From Escherichia coli (GTDB lineage: Bacteria > Pseudomonadota > Gammaproteobacteria > Enterobacterales > Enterobacteriaceae): DNA of 64,000 bases. A program made the position numbers and the translations under genes. Of this stretch, positions 41,797 to 54,795 are shown piece after piece. Each line of letters opens with the position of its first letter. Positions within the stretch are counted from its first letter, which is position 1. The notes beneath the pieces were generated by a model. That model saw only the letters and a program-made list of their open reading frames with translations, did not search any database and was not told the DNA's origin. Where the stretch lies: assembly GCF_003018115.1 (NCBI RefSeq), contig NZ_CP027457.1. One strand, 5' to 3'.

Positions 41797-42549
41797 ATGG
41801 CTGTAACTAAGCTGGTTCTGGTTCGTCATGGCGAAAGTCAGTGGAACAAAGAAAACCGTTTCACCGGTTGGTACGACGTGGATCTGTCTGAGAAAGGCGT
41901 AAGCGAAGCAAAAGCAGCAGGTAAGCTGCTGAAAGAGGAAGGTTACAGCTTTGACTTTGCTTACACCTCTGTGCTGAAACGCGCTATCCATACCCTGTGG
42001 AATGTGCTGGACGAACTGGATCAGGCATGGCTGCCCGTTGAGAAATCCTGGAAACTGAACGAACGTCACTACGGTGCGTTGCAGGGTCTGAACAAAGCGG
42101 AAACTGCTGAAAAGTATGGCGACGAGCAGGTGAAACAGTGGCGTCGTGGTTTTGCAGTGACTCCGCCGGAACTGACTAAAGATGATGAGCGTTATCCGGG
42201 TCACGATCCCCGTTACGCGAAACTGAGCGAGAAAGAACTGCCGCTGACGGAAAGCCTGGCGCTGACCATTGACCGCGTGATCCCTTACTGGAATGAAACT
42301 ATTCTACCGCGTATGAAGAGCGGTGAGCGCGTAATCATCGCTGCACACGGTAACTCGTTACGTGCGCTGGTGAAATATCTCGATAACATGAGCGAAGAAG
42401 AGATTCTTGAGCTGAATATCCCGACCGGCGTGCCGCTGGTTTATGAGTTTGACGAGAACTTCAAACCGCTGAAACGCTATTATCTGGGTAATGCTGACGA
42501 GATCGCGGCGAAAGCAGCAGCCGTTGCGAACCAGGGTAAAGCGAAGTAA
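41797..42549 (+). CDS. gpmA: 2,3-bisphosphoglycerate-dependent phosphoglycerate mutase
   Basis: 250 aa from [17 protein letters not shown] (catalytic RHGE motif). Confidence 0.95.
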
Positions 42550-42574
42550 ACGTCATTCGTTTAAAAATGAGAAA

Positions 42575-42601
42575 GCCGACTGCAAGTGAGTCGGCTTTTT
42601 T
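42575..42601 (+). terminator. Intrinsic terminator after gpmA
   Basis: GCCGACT-GCAAGTG-AGTCGGC hairpin followed by TTTTTTG. Confidence 0.6.
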
Positions 42602-42714
42602 GTTTGTCGTTGCTAACAATGGAGCACATTGCCTGATGCGACGCTGCGCGTCTTATCAGGGCTATGGTGATTCATCGGATACGCCACTCTGGCGGTGCAT
42701 CCGACAATTAACCC

Positions 42715-43767
42715 TTACCCGCGACGCGCTTTTACTGCATTCGCCAGTTGACGTAACAGAGCATCGGTATCTTCCCAGCCGATGCAGGCATCGGTGATGC
42801 TCTTACCGTAGGCCAGCGGCTCCCCGCTCTCGAGGCTCTGATTGCCTTCCACCAGATGGCTTTCCACCATCACGCCAATAATGGCCTTTTCGCCACCGGC
42901 AATCTGCTGGCAAACGTCAGCACAAACATCCATCTGCTTTTTGAATTGTTTTGACGAGTTAGCATGGCTGAAATCGATCATCACCTGTGCTGGCAGGCCT
43001 GCTTTGTTCAGCCCTTCTTTCACTTCAGCAACGTGCTTCGCGCTGTAGTTAGGCTCTTTACCGCCGCGCAGAATGATATGGCAATCGCCGTTACCGCTGG
43101 TATTCACAATCGCCGAATGCCCCCATTTCGTTACGGACAGGAAGCAGTGCGGCGCACCGGCGGCATTAATAGCATCGATAGCCACTTTAATCGTACCGTC
43201 GGTGCCATTTTTGAAGCCGACCGGACAAGAAAGCCCTGATGCCAGTTCGCGGTGCACCTGCGATTCGGTGGTACGTGCGCCAATTGCGCCCCAGCTCATC
43301 AGGTCAGCGAGATATTGTGGGGTGATCATATCGAGAAACTCACCCGCCGCTGGCAGACCGCTGTCGTTAATATCAAGCAGCAATTTACGGGCTATACGCA
43401 GACCGTCGTTGATCTGGAAGCTGTTATCCATATGCGGATCGTTAATCAGCCCTTTCCAGCCCACCGTGGTACGCGGCTTTTCAAAATAGACGCGCATTAC
43501 GATTTCCAGCTCATCTTTCAGCTCTTCACGCAGCGCCAGCAAGCGAGTGGCATACTCTTTAGCCGCGACAGGATCATGAATTGAGCACGGGCCAATCACC
43601 ACCAACAGGCGATCATCATTACCTTTCAGGATCTTATGGATCGCTTTTCGGGCATGGGCAACCGTATTCGCGGCATTTTCAGTAGCGGGGAATTTTTCCA
43701 GCAATGCGACAGGAGGAAGTAACTCTTTGATTTCTTTGATGCGTAAATCGTCGTTCTGATAATTCAT
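42715..43767 (-). CDS. aroG: DAHP synthase, Phe-sensitive
   Basis: 350-aa ORF MNYQNDDLRIKEIKELLPPVALLEKFPATE... Confidence 0.95.
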   Translation of the reverse strand: MNYQNDDLRIKEIKELLPPVALLEKFPATENAANTVAHARKAIHKILKGNDDRLLVVIGPCSIHDPVAAKEYATRLLALREELKDELEIVMRVYFEKPRTTVGWKGLINDPHMDNSFQINDGLRIARKLLLDINDSGLPAAGEFLDMITPQYLADLMSWGAIGARTTESQVHRELASGLSCPVGFKNGTDGTIKVAIDAINAAGAPHCFLSVTKWGHSAIVNTSGNGDCHIILRGGKEPNYSAKHVAEVKEGLNKAGLPAQVMIDFSHANSSKQFKKQMDVCADVCQQIAGGEKAIIGVMVESHLVEGNQSLESGEPLAYGKSITDACIGWEDTDALLRQLANAVKARRG

Positions 43768-44082
43768 GTCTGTTCCAGTGTTGCCATACTTATCTTAGTG
43801 AATGCAATACTTCCAATCTATATCTTCCGTCAGAATGTGTAAACGGGGTTTTACACTATGAACGGATTAATCCTGGAATTAGCAAGAAAAACGCCAGATT
43901 GTCGCGAAAAACGAGATCTCTCCTACAATTTCTAACTGTAACTCCTTTGTTTGTTAATTATTTCAAGATTCTCTGCTGCGTTTCATAACCTGGCTGAAAT
44001 CTTAAACCAATGCCTTATATTCACCTGCAAATGCACTGTTGGAAGAGGTTATCCGACATAACGACCATAACAGGAGCATCCT

Positions 44083-44463
44083 ATGAAAATGACAAAACTG
44101 GCCACACTATTTCTGACTGCCACTCTAAGCCTTGCCAGCGGTGCCGCACTGGCTGCCGATAGCGGAGCGCAAACCAATAACGGCCAGGCAAACGCCGCAG
44201 CTGATGCGGGCCAGGTAGCCCCTGACGCCCGTGAAAATGTCGCGCCAAATAACGTCGACAATAACGGGGTAAATACCGGTTCTGGCGGCACTATGCTGCA
44301 TCCGGATGGTTCTTCAATGAACAATGACGGCATGACCAAAGATGAAGAGCACAAGAACACCATGTGCAAAGATGGTCGCTGCCCGGATATCAATAAAAAG
44401 GTACAAACCGGTGATGGCATCAATAATGATGTCGATACCAAAACCGACGGTACCACGCAGTAA
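44083..44463 (+). CDS. ybgS: Secreted low-complexity protein YbgS
   Basis: 126-aa ORF with signal peptide and Asn/Gly/Asp-rich sequence. Confidence 0.8.
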   Translation: MKMTKLATLFLTATLSLASGAALAADSGAQTNNGQANAAADAGQVAPDARENVAPNNVDNNGVNTGSGGTMLHPDGSSMNNDGMTKDEEHKNTMCKDGRCPDINKKVQTGDGINNDVDTKTDGTTQ

Positions 44464-44484
44464 CCCTGCAAAATAGCCAATAAT

Positions 44485-44510
44485 GGGAGAGCGGAGTCTC
44501 TCCCTTTTAA
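44485..44510 (+). terminator. Intrinsic terminator after ybgS
   Basis: GGGAGAG-CGGAGT-CTCTCCC hairpin followed by TTTT. Confidence 0.6.
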
Positions 44511-44576
44511 TTTTTCCCTTCTAAAAGCAGTATGATGTCATAAAGTTAAGTGAGAATAATTAAGGGATGACTCGTC

Positions 44577-45518
44577 ATGGCGCACTCACACTCACACACG
44601 TCCTCACACCTGCCAGAAGATAATAATGCTCGTCGCTTGTTGTATGCTTTCGGCGTGACTGCCGGGTTTATGCTGGTAGAAGTCATTGGTGGTTTTCTTT
44701 CTGGTTCTCTGGCTTTGCTGGCCGATGCGGGTCATATGTTGACCGATACTGCCGCCCTGCTTTTCGCCCTACTCGCCGTGCAATTTTCACGTCGTCCTCC
44801 CACCATTCGCCACACTTTCGGTTGGCTAAGACTGACCACGCTCGCGGCGTTTGTGAATGCCATCGCCCTGGTGGTAATTACCATTTTGATTGTCTGGGAG
44901 GCGATAGAACGCTTCCGCACGCCGCGTCCGGTCGAGGGCGGCATGATGATGGCAATTGCCGTGGCTGGGTTGCTGGCAAATATACTTTCTTTCTGGTTAC
45001 TCCATCACGGCAGCGAAGAGAAAAACCTCAACGTGCGAGCAGCGGCACTGCATGTGCTCGGGGACCTGCTGGGTTCGGTTGGGGCTATTATTGCCGCGTT
45101 GATTATTATCTGGACCGGCTGGACACCTGCTGACCCCATTCTCTCGATACTGGTGTCGCTTCTGGTTCTGCGTAGCGCGTGGCGACTGTTGAAAGATAGC
45201 GTGAATGAATTACTTGAAGGTGCACCGGTATCGCTGGATATCGCTGAACTGAAGCGTCGTATGTGCCGGGAAATCCCGGAAGTCCGCAATGTGCACCATG
45301 TACATGTATGGATGGTAGGCGAGAAGCCGTTGATGACACTGCATGTGCAGGTGATCCCGCCACACGATCACGATGCCTTGTTGGATCAGATCCAACACTA
45401 CCTGATGGATCACTATCAGATTGAGCACGCCACCATTCAGATGGAATATCAACCTTGTCATGGGCCAGACTGCCACCTGAATGAAGGGGTGTCTGGCCAT
45501 TCACATCATCACCATTAA
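44577..45518 (+). CDS. zitB: Zinc efflux cation-diffusion-facilitator transporter
   Basis: 313-aa CDF ORF with His-rich N- and C-termini. Confidence 0.9.
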   Translation: MAHSHSHTSSHLPEDNNARRLLYAFGVTAGFMLVEVIGGFLSGSLALLADAGHMLTDTAALLFALLAVQFSRRPPTIRHTFGWLRLTTLAAFVNAIALVVITILIVWEAIERFRTPRPVEGGMMMAIAVAGLLANILSFWLLHHGSEEKNLNVRAAALHVLGDLLGSVGAIIAALIIIWTGWTPADPILSILVSLLVLRSAWRLLKDSVNELLEGAPVSLDIAELKRRMCREIPEVRNVHHVHVWMVGEKPLMTLHVQVIPPHDHDALLDQIQHYLMDHYQIEHATIQMEYQPCHGPDCHLNEGVSGHSHHHH

Positions 45519-46234
45519 TGGGACAGCGCGCGTGAGCCTCTTTCACGTGCGCTGTTGATCCACATCCGGCTGCCGTTGAGCGCAATAAAGGTCAGGATGA
45601 TGTACTCCAGAGACATGGCGTAAACGCCCTGAAGTGCAAAAATAACGACGCTAATCACGTTAATAATCACCCACAACAGCCAGTTTTCCACATACTTACG
45701 CGTCATCAGAATCATTGCCACGATAGATAACACCATCATGCAAGAATCCCAGAACGGGAAAGCGTCCGGTTGCAGTTCAGGCATCACAACCTGTAATCCT
45801 AATGCTTGCATGATCATGACTGCCACGCGGGTCAAAAATGCAAACACCGGATTGATAAATACCGTCATCAGACCAATCGAAACAACGCAAACCGCCAACC
45901 AGCTGAGTGCCTTCGGCAATGGCAACCAGCGAATTTTCAACTCCGCCTCGTTCTGACTGGTTTGTCGCGACCACGCATACCAGCCGTAAATATTCGCGGC
46001 AAAGAAAAACACCTGTAATAGCAGGCTGGCATACAGCTGAATCTGAAAGAAAATAATGCCAAACAAGGTGACGTTGATCAGGCCAAAGAAGTAGTTGCTG
46101 ATCTTCTCCAGACTGGCAAGGCCAATACACAGCAACCCGGCGATCGTGCCTACCGCTTCGATCCATGAGAGATCATAACCGCCTGCCCCTATTGGTATAT
46201 GTACCAGGATATTCTGCACACTAAAAAAATCCAT
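45515..46234 (-). CDS. pnuC: Nicotinamide riboside transporter
   Basis: 239-aa membrane ORF downstream of nadA. Confidence 0.9.
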   Translation of the reverse strand: MDFFSVQNILVHIPIGAGGYDLSWIEAVGTIAGLLCIGLASLEKISNYFFGLINVTLFGIIFFQIQLYASLLLQVFFFAANIYGWYAWSRQTSQNEAELKIRWLPLPKALSWLAVCVVSIGLMTVFINPVFAFLTRVAVMIMQALGLQVVMPELQPDAFPFWDSCMMVLSIVAMILMTRKYVENWLLWVIINVISVVIFALQGVYAMSLEYIILTFIALNGSRMWINSARERGSRALSH

Positions 46235-46271
46235 CTTTCCCCCAAAGCGTAACGTTACGCCTTATTATTCG

Positions 46272-47315
46272 TTATCCACGTAGTGTAGCCGCAAAATCCA
46301 GCATACGATTGAGCGGCACCAGCGCCCTCTCTCGCAGCCTTTCATCAACATGAACCTCGTGATTGCTTCCTTCCTGTTCTAATGCCTCTGCGATGGACTG
46401 AAGGCCATTCATGGCCATCCACGGACAATGCGCGCAGCTGCGGCAGGTTGCACCCTCACCTGCGGTTGGTGCTTCCAGTAACTCTTTATCTGGCACCGCC
46501 TGCTGCATTTTGTAGAAAATGCCCCGATCGGTTGCCACGATAAGCCGCTGATGTGGCAATGTTTTCGCAGCAGCGATCAGTTGACTGGTGGAACCGACCG
46601 CATCCGCCATATCGACAATAGCTTGTGGTGATTCTGGATGCACCAGTATGGCAGCATCCGGGTATTCTTCTTGCAAGCGGGTTAACGCCTGAGTCTTAAA
46701 TTCATCATGCACAATACAGGCACCCTGCCAGCATAAAATGTCTGCGCCCGTCTGTTTTTGCACGTAACGCCCCAGATGTTTGTCGGGTGCCCAGATGATT
46801 TTTTCACCCAAACTATCCAGATGATCAATAAGTTCGACGGCAATGCTTGAAGTTACCACCCAATCTGCGCGCGCTTTTACCGCAGCAGAAGTGTTGGCGT
46901 AGACGACGACAGTATGATCGGGATGGGCATCGCAAAATGCGTTAAATTCTTCAACAGGGCAGCCGAGATCCAGTGAACATTCAGCCTGAAGTGTCGGCAT
47001 CAGAATTGTTTTTTCCGGACTGAGAATTTTGGCGGTTTCTCCCATAAATCTCACCCCAGCGACTAACAACGTAGAAGCGGGATGCTTTGCACCGAAGCGC
47101 GCCATTTCCAGAGAATCAGAAATACAGCCACCGGTTTCTTCTGCCAGTTGTTGAATTTCGGGGTCGGTATAGTAGTGGGCAACCATCACCGCATTACGTT
47201 CTTTTAGCAGACGTTTTATCTTCTCGCGGTAATACGCTTTTTCATCAATGCTTAACGGCGTCGGCTTCGGGGGGAAAGGATAAATCGCCGTGTCTGGATC
47301 AAACATCACGCTCAT
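46272..47315 (-). CDS. nadA: Quinolinate synthase A
   Basis: 347-aa [37 protein letters not shown]... Confidence 0.95.
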   Translation of the reverse strand: MSVMFDPDTAIYPFPPKPTPLSIDEKAYYREKIKRLLKERNAVMVAHYYTDPEIQQLAEETGGCISDSLEMARFGAKHPASTLLVAGVRFMGETAKILSPEKTILMPTLQAECSLDLGCPVEEFNAFCDAHPDHTVVVYANTSAAVKARADWVVTSSIAVELIDHLDSLGEKIIWAPDKHLGRYVQKQTGADILCWQGACIVHDEFKTQALTRLQEEYPDAAILVHPESPQAIVDMADAVGSTSQLIAAAKTLPHQRLIVATDRGIFYKMQQAVPDKELLEAPTAGEGATCRSCAHCPWMAMNGLQSIAEALEQEGSNHEVHVDERLRERALVPLNRMLDFAATLRG

Positions 47316-47561
47316 CTTACCATCTCGTTTTACAGGCTTAACGTTAAAACCGACATTAGCGTGATATTCGCTGTTATCGGTGAAGTTTGTTTTATATGCT
47401 AAACAAGATAGTCGAATGGTGGGGAAAAGTCACTCGAATTACGTATGAGATGCCGAATGCCACACTTTGCGTCTTATTCCTCCGACGTAAAGTTGTTTAC
47501 GCAGCAAGCGCGTAGTATGTCATCAGGGTCAAGAATTGAAATTGAGAGATGCCTGAATAGC

Positions 47562-47588
47562 AAAAAATCGCCTTTAGGGCGCTTTTTT
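47562..47588 (-). terminator. Distal (second) copy of the lysT-operon terminator hairpin
   Basis: AAAAAATCGCCTTTAGGGCGCTTTTTT; duplicate of the hairpin at 47718-47744. Confidence 0.5.
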
Positions 47589-47717
47589 ACATTGGTGGGT
47601 CGTGCAGGATGACTCGCTTCGCTCGCCCTTCGGGCCGTCGCCGCGAGCGGCTCCGTTGTTTCGCTGCGCTCAACTCAAACCTGCTGCAGGTTCGAATCTT
47701 TGAGTATCGCAGATAGC

Positions 47718-47744
47718 AAAAAAGCGCCTTTAGGGCGCTTTTTT
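47718..47744 (-). terminator. Intrinsic terminator following lysQ (end of the tRNA operon)
   Basis: Minus strand AAAAAAGCGCCCTAAAGGCGCTTTTTT hairpin immediately 3' of the last tRNA. Confidence 0.7.
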
Positions 47745-47748
47745 ACAT

Positions 47749-47824
47749 TGGTGGGTCGTGCAGGATTCGAACCTGCGACCAATTGATTAAAAGTCAACTG
47801 CTCTACCAACTGAGCTAACGACCC
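47749..47824 (-). tRNA. lysQ: tRNA-Lys (UUU)
   Basis: 76-nt sequence (minus strand GGGTCGTTAGCTCAGTTGGTAGAGCAGTTGACTTTTAATCAATTGGTCGCAGGTTCGAATCCTGCACGACCCACCA). Confidence 0.9.
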
Positions 47825-47857
47825 CTTGCGGGATTATGATGCTTTAATCATTCAGGA

Positions 47858-47933
47858 TGGTGGGTCGTGCAGGATTCGAACCTGCGACCAATTGATTAAA
47901 AGTCAACTGCTCTACCAACTGAGCTAACGACCC
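47858..47933 (-). tRNA. lysZ: tRNA-Lys (UUU)
   Basis: Identical 76-nt tRNA-Lys sequence. Confidence 0.9.
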
Positions 47934-48079
47934 ATACGGGTGTTACCTGAAAGATTTTTACTCGGGGCCAATCTTTAAGATTGGTGGGTCGTGCAGGATG
48001 ACTCGCTTCGCTCGCCCTTCGGGCCGTTGCTGGCGCAACGTTATCCTTCACGCTTAACATCTGAGTTTGATGTTAAAAC

Positions 48080-48155
48080 TGGTGGGTCGTGCAGGATTCG
48101 AACCTGCGACCAATTGATTAAAAGTCAACTGCTCTACCAACTGAGCTAACGACCC
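48080..48155 (-). tRNA. lysY: tRNA-Lys (UUU)
   Basis: Identical 76-nt tRNA-Lys sequence. Confidence 0.9.
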
Positions 48156-48158
48156 GAG

Positions 48159-48234
48159 TGGTGGGTGATGACGGGATCGAACCGCCGACCCCCTCCTTGT
48201 AAGGGAGGTGCTCTCCCAGCTGAGCTAATCACCC
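48159..48234 (-). tRNA. valZ: tRNA-Val (UAC)
   Basis: 76-nt sequence (minus strand GGGTGATTAGCTCAGCTGGGAGAGCACCTCCCTTACAAGGAGGGGGTCGGCGGTTCGATCCCGTCATCACCCACCA). Confidence 0.9.
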
Positions 48235-48285
48235 GATACTGCGCTGGATACTACAAACTACTTCCACCGAACCCACCGTAATTAG

Positions 48286-48361
48286 TGGTGGGTCGTGCAG
48301 GATTCGAACCTGCGACCAATTGATTAAAAGTCAACTGCTCTACCAACTGAGCTAACGACCC
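48286..48361 (-). tRNA. lysW: tRNA-Lys (UUU)
   Basis: Identical 76-nt tRNA-Lys sequence. Confidence 0.9.
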
Positions 48362-48363
48362 GG

Positions 48364-48439
48364 TGGTGGGTGATGACGGGATCGAACCGCCGACCCCCTC
48401 CTTGTAAGGGAGGTGCTCTCCCAGCTGAGCTAATCACCC
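48364..48439 (-). tRNA. valT: tRNA-Val (UAC)
   Basis: Identical 76-nt tRNA-Val sequence. Confidence 0.9.
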
Positions 48440-48474
48440 GATACTACGCTGGATACTACAACTAACTAGGTTAG

Positions 48475-48550
48475 TGGTGGGTCGTGCAGGATTCGAACCT
48501 GCGACCAATTGATTAAAAGTCAACTGCTCTACCAACTGAGCTAACGACCC
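48475..48550 (-). tRNA. lysT: tRNA-Lys (UUU), first gene of the operon
   Basis: Identical 76-nt tRNA-Lys sequence. Confidence 0.9.
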
Positions 48551-48714
48551 ACTTTTTCGTTGCTTTCGGTTTGTTTGATATCCCGTGGCAACGGCGGCAT
48601 ATATTACTGATTTCAGACTTGAGCGCAACAAAAATTTCGATGTAGATCACTCAACTGCTTATGATTCGCACGACACGACCAGAAATAATGCGACTTCTGG
48701 TCGTGTGTTATGCA

Positions 48715-49506
48715 TTACATCGCGTTCAGACGTTTTTGTGCCTGTTTAGCGCCATCAGTACCAGGGTATTTACTGATAACCTGCTGGTATACGGCTTTCG
48801 CTTTTGCGGTGTCACCTTTGTCCTGCATGATGACGCCGACTTTAAACATCGCATCTGCAGCCTTTGGTGACTTCGGATAGTTTTTCACTACCGAAGCAAA
48901 ATAGTACGCCGCATCATCTTTTTTACCCTTGTTGTAGTTTAACTGACCCAGCCAATAATTGGCGTTTGGCAGGTAAGTTGAATCAGGGTAATTTTTGATG
49001 AAATTCTGAAATGCCACCATTGCGTCATCCTGGCGGGATTTATCCTGCACCAGCGCAATAGCTGCATTGTAATCCGTGTTTGCATCACCGCTTTTCACCG
49101 GCGCGCCAGCATTCGCAGTACCAGCATCAGCTGTCGGCGTCGTTGATGCCGCCGCACCGCTTTGATCACCGCTGGTTGATTGCGCCGCTGCACCACCGCT
49201 GCTGAGGCTGTCGATCTGCAACAGGATCTGCTTTTGCCGCTCCACGACCTGATTCAGTTGATACTGATTTTCCTGAATCTGACCACGCAGGGAATCAATA
49301 TCGGATTGATTATCAGAGAGTTGTTGCTGGAGTTGGGTTAAAAGCTGGCTGTGAGCATTAGAAATACGCTCAAGTTGAGTGACGCGGTCTTCGACCGAGC
49401 CTGAGCCGACACTACTGATTGGTGCCTGAGCAAAAGCGGCCCAGGGGGCCGCTATACCAACCAGTAACGACAGACTCAATAGTTGATGTCTGAAGTTACT
49501 GCTCAT
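48715..49506 (-). CDS. cpoB: Cell-division coordinator CpoB (YbgF), TPR protein
   Basis: 263-aa ORF with signal peptide, coiled coil and TPR repeats; last gene of tol-pal. Confidence 0.9.
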   Translation of the reverse strand: MSSNFRHQLLSLSLLVGIAAPWAAFAQAPISSVGSGSVEDRVTQLERISNAHSQLLTQLQQQLSDNQSDIDSLRGQIQENQYQLNQVVERQKQILLQIDSLSSGGAAAQSTSGDQSGAAASTTPTADAGTANAGAPVKSGDANTDYNAAIALVQDKSRQDDAMVAFQNFIKNYPDSTYLPNANYWLGQLNYNKGKKDDAAYYFASVVKNYPKSPKAADAMFKVGVIMQDKGDTAKAKAVYQQVISKYPGTDGAKQAQKRLNAM

Positions 49507-49515
49507 GCAATTCTC

Positions 49516-50061
<546 letters not shown>

Positions 50062-50071
50062 TTAATTATTA

Positions 50072-51364
50072 TCACAGATACGGCGACCAGGCAGGGAATT
50101 TGACCTGTCCATCAGTTGCCGGAAGACGCGCTTTGAAACGCCCATCTGTAGAAACCAAATTCAGCACGGATCCCATCCCCTGAGAAGAGCTGTAGATTAC
50201 CATAGTGCCGTTAGGTGCCAGACTTGGCGTTTCATCCAGGAACGTGGACGACAGAACTTGTACGCCTCCCGTTGCCAGATCTTGTTTGGCAATGTGCTGC
50301 TGCCCACCGTTGGAGCTGACCATTACCATAAATTTACCGTCGCTGCTGACATCCGCATCCTGGTTCTGCGAACCTTCCCAGGTAATACGTTGTGGCGCAC
50401 CGCCGTTGATATTCACTTTATAAACCTGTGGACGACCGGCCTGGTCAGAAGTAAATGCCAGGTTCTGGCTGTCCGGGAACCAGGTCGGTTCGGTATTGTT
50501 ACTGCGACCATCAGTCACCTGGCGGATCTGGCCAGAAGCCAAATCCATTACGTACAGGTTCAGGCTACCGGTTTTCGACAAGGCGAATGCCAGTTTGCTG
50601 CCGTCTGGCGAGAATGCAGGCGCACCGTTGTGACGCGGGAATGAAGCCACCTGACGTACAGCGCCATTTGCCAGCGTCTGAATAACCAGCGCGGAACGAC
50701 CGCTTTCGAAGGTCACATAAGCCAGTTTAGAACCGTCTGGTGACCACGCCGGGGACATCAGCGGCTGCGGTGAACGGTGAACGACAAACTGGTTGTAACC
50801 GTCATAGTCAGATACGCGCAATTCATACGGGAACTGACCGCCGTTGGTCTGAACAACGTAGGCAATACGGGTACGGAACGCACCTTTAATGCCGGTCAGT
50901 TTTTCAAACACTTCATCACTGGCGGTATGACCAGCATAACGCAGCCACTGCTTGTTCACTTTGTACGAGTTCTGAGCAAGTACAGTACCCGGTGCGCCGC
51001 CAGTGTCAACAAGTTGATAAGCAACATTGTAAGAACCATCCGGATTCGGAGTGACCTGACCGACAACTACAGCGTCAATGCCCAGTGCGGACCATGCAGC
51101 TGGTTGTACTTCCTGCGCACTACCCGGCTGCTGTGGCAGACGAGCGCGATCTAACGGATTAAATTTACCGCTGTTACGCAAGTCAGCAGCAACGATGCCG
51201 CCAATATCTTCAGGTGCCGCACCAGGCCCCGCCCACTGGAAAGGAACAACACCAATAGGACGACCGGAATCTACACCGCTGTCGATCACAATGCGGACTT
51301 CAGCATGCAGAACTGATGCCCACAGTATGAGAAAACCAAATGCTACTCGTAATGCCTGCTTCAT
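50072..51364 (-). CDS. tolB: Tol-Pal periplasmic beta-propeller protein
   Basis: About 430-aa [24 protein letters not shown]... Confidence 0.95.
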   Translation of the reverse strand: MKQALRVAFGFLILWASVLHAEVRIVIDSGVDSGRPIGVVPFQWAGPGAAPEDIGGIVAADLRNSGKFNPLDRARLPQQPGSAQEVQPAAWSALGIDAVVVGQVTPNPDGSYNVAYQLVDTGGAPGTVLAQNSYKVNKQWLRYAGHTASDEVFEKLTGIKGAFRTRIAYVVQTNGGQFPYELRVSDYDGYNQFVVHRSPQPLMSPAWSPDGSKLAYVTFESGRSALVIQTLANGAVRQVASFPRHNGAPAFSPDGSKLAFALSKTGSLNLYVMDLASGQIRQVTDGRSNNTEPTWFPDSQNLAFTSDQAGRPQVYKVNINGGAPQRITWEGSQNQDADVSSDGKFMVMVSSNGGQQHIAKQDLATGGVQVLSSTFLDETPSLAPNGTMVIYSSSQGMGSVLNLVSTDGRFKARLPATDGQVKFPAWSPYL

Positions 51365-51496
51365 CATATCTCCCTTATCTGGACCGATGGCCCACGATAA
51401 TTTAGCAGAATGTTAACAAACTAAAATACACAAAACTACCAGAACCCCGTGGCAACCGGTGCCTGATGTTGACCGTCGGAACAGTCAACATCGCGA

Positions 51497-52762
51497 TTAC
51501 GGTTTGAAGTCCAATGGCGCGTTTTTGAACACTTCATATACTGCCTGGCTTGGTGGTTTCGGGATCTTCGCAAGTTTAGCTGCTGCCAACGCAGCCTGAC
51601 AAAGTGTGGGATCGCCACCTTCAGGTTTGATATCCAGTAACATGCCATCGGGTGCCAGTTTTATGCGCAGCGTACAGGTTTTGCCTGCATAGGACGATGC
51701 GTCATAGAACTTACTTTCGATAGCAGATTTAATCTGCCCGGCATAGTTATTGATATCGGCCCCTGATGCGCCATTGTTTTTAGTATTACCACTCCCGGCA
51801 GGCGAAGCATTGTTCCCTTTCGCCCCTCCCCCCGTTTTCGGTGCATTCTTACCAGAGCTTAGCTCACCGAAAATATCATCTGCCTCTGCGGCAGCTTTTG
51901 CTGCAGCGGCTTTTTCAGCTGCTGCTTTTGCAGCTGCCGCTTTTTTGTCTGCGGCGGCTTTTTCTGCCGCTGCTTTCTTATCAGCTGCTGCCTTTTCAGC
52001 AGCCGCTTTTTCTGCTGCTTTTTTGTCGGCTGCAGCTTTCTCTGCTGCCGCTTTCTTATCAGCTGCAGCCTTTTCAGCAGCCGCTTTCTTCTCAGCTTCT
52101 GCCTTGGCTTTTTCAGCAGCTTCAGTTGCCGCTTTCTTTCTTGCTTCAGCTGCAGCTGCTTCTGCCGCTTCCGCTTTCTTCTTCAGTGCCGCAGCGGCTG
52201 CCTCGGCTTTTTTCTGCGCTTCGGCTGCGGCTTTGGCGGCTTCTGCTTCTGCTTTTTTCTTCGCGTCTGCAGCCGCTTTCTTCGCTGCTTCTTCCGCAGC
52301 TTTAGCATCCGCTTCGGCCTTCGCTTTAGCATCTGCCGCCGCTTTCGCTGCCGCCTCTTCCGCTTGCTTCTGCTTTAACTCGGCCTGTTTTGCGGCTTCT
52401 TCAGCCTGCTTTTTCTGTTCCTGAGCAGCTAACCGCTCTTTCTCAAGTTGCTTCAGGCGTTCCTGTTCAGCCGCTTGTTTCTCACGCAGTTCTTCAGCAG
52501 CCTGCTGTTCCTTCATCTTGCGCTGCTCATCAGAACGCTTCGCGCTTGATTCCTGGCTTTGCATGCGTTTGTACTGCTCAACTACCGCACCTGAATCAAC
52601 CATGACAGCGTCGATGGACGAACCACCGCCGCCTCCAGCTGAAGCTTCTATATTCTCATCGAACGAACTCCAGATCAGCGCCGCAAATAAGATGACATGC
52701 AGCACTGCTGAAATAATTATCGCCCGCTTGAGCTTGTCGTTTTGTTCGGTTGCCTTTGACAC
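51497..52762 (-). CDS. tolA: Tol-Pal system protein TolA (Ala/Lys-rich repetitive domain II)
   Basis: 421-aa ORF with long A/K/E-rich helical repeat region. Confidence 0.95.
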   Translation of the reverse strand: MSKATEQNDKLKRAIIISAVLHVILFAALIWSSFDENIEASAGGGGGSSIDAVMVDSGAVVEQYKRMQSQESSAKRSDEQRKMKEQQAAEELREKQAAEQERLKQLEKERLAAQEQKKQAEEAAKQAELKQKQAEEAAAKAAADAKAKAEADAKAAEEAAKKAAADAKKKAEAEAAKAAAEAQKKAEAAAAALKKKAEAAEAAAAEARKKAATEAAEKAKAEAEKKAAAEKAAADKKAAAEKAAADKKAAEKAAAEKAAADKKAAAEKAAADKKAAAAKAAAEKAAAAKAAAEADDIFGELSSGKNAPKTGGGAKGNNASPAGSGNTKNNGASGADINNYAGQIKSAIESKFYDASSYAGKTCTLRIKLAPDGMLLDIKPEGGDPTLCQAALAAAKLAKIPKPPSQAVYEVFKNAPLDFKP

Positions 52763-52826
52763 TCTCGGTTTCCAAAAACTGTTCGCCTGTTACCCGCTCT
52801 CTTTCAAGCAAGGGAAACGCAGATGT

Positions 52827-53255
52827 TTAGATAGGCTGCGTCATTAAACCAACCGATTTCACACCCGCACTATGTAACAAGTTCAGTGCTTTAATTATTT
52901 CATCGTAAGGCACATCTTTTGCGCCACCGATCAGAAAGACCGTTTTCGGGTTGGCCTTGAAACGGCTGGACACTTCCGCCACCACCTGCTCTGGTGGTAA
53001 ACGCTCCAGGCGATCTTTCTCAACCACCACGGTGTACTGACCAATACCAGACACTTCAACAATCACTGGCGGATTATCGTTACTGCTCACCGCCTGTGAT
53101 TCAGTAGCGTCTGGCAGATCGACCTCCACGCTCTGGGTGATGATGGGCGCTGTCGCCATAAAGATCAGCAACAGCACCAGCAGTACGTCCAACAACGGTA
53201 CAATGTTGATTTCGGACTTGAGATCGCGACGACCTCGTCCACGCGCTCTGGCCAT
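52827..53255 (-). CDS. tolR: Tol-Pal system protein TolR
   Basis: 142-aa ExbD/TolR-family ORF. Confidence 0.95.
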   Translation of the reverse strand: MARARGRGRRDLKSEINIVPLLDVLLVLLLIFMATAPIITQSVEVDLPDATESQAVSSNDNPPVIVEVSGIGQYTVVVEKDRLERLPPEQVVAEVSSRFKANPKTVFLIGGAKDVPYDEIIKALNLLHSAGVKSVGLMTQPI

Positions 53256-53258
53256 GGC

Positions 53259-54352
<1,094 letters not shown>

Positions 54353-54501
54353 TTTACATCCCGGTAATGCAACAAAAGTTAGAGCTTTTAAACGCTGCTA
54401 CTATACGCGCGCGATTGAGGTTTGGGAATGAGGGCAAGTTAAGGGAGCGTAAAAATTTATGGGCCTGGCGCGGCCCATGATTTTTTAAAGAGAATTCTGA
54501 T

Positions 54502-54795
54502 TTAAAGGAAGAAGAAAATCAGCCCGACAATGAGAACAATATCGGCAAGCAATGGGCAAAAAATCCCTTGCCAAAGAACCTTCTGCGGACGAAAGCCCAC
54601 GCCGTGAATCACACCAGCACAGACGGCCCACATCAGCAATAAACCATGCCAGATTTCCAGTTCACTGGTCTTCGCGGCAAAACGAGATGGGTCCCAAAGC
54701 ATACATCCTGCTAACAGAAGCGCCATCACGAAGGAAAGCGCCCGCAGGGGGCGCTTGTCCATTACCGCATACAAGGTCGCGATAATCTTACTCAT
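54502..54795 (-). CDS. ybgE: Small membrane protein YbgE
   Basis: 97-aa hydrophobic ORF downstream of cydX. Confidence 0.85.
   Translation of the reverse strand: MSKIIATLYAVMDKRPLRALSFVMALLLAGCMLWDPSRFAAKTSELEIWHGLLLMWAVCAGVIHGVGFRPQKVLWQGIFCPLLADIVLIVGLIFFFL

Noticed and set aside
47591-47607. Partial tRNA-Lys 3' end (also at 47982-47998)
   Set aside because: Only about 17 nt of the tRNA acceptor/T-arm is present; not a functional tRNA, so not called as a gene (reported as a finding instead).
48434-48631. 65-aa minus-strand ORF
   Set aside because: Overlaps the lysT and valT tRNA genes; translation of tRNA sequence.
51750-52424. Highly repetitive GC-rich tract giving long Ala/Ser-rich ORFs on the plus strand
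   Set aside because: It lies inside tolA; the repeats are the Ala/Lys/Glu-rich helical domain II of TolA read antisense, not a CRISPR array or satellite.
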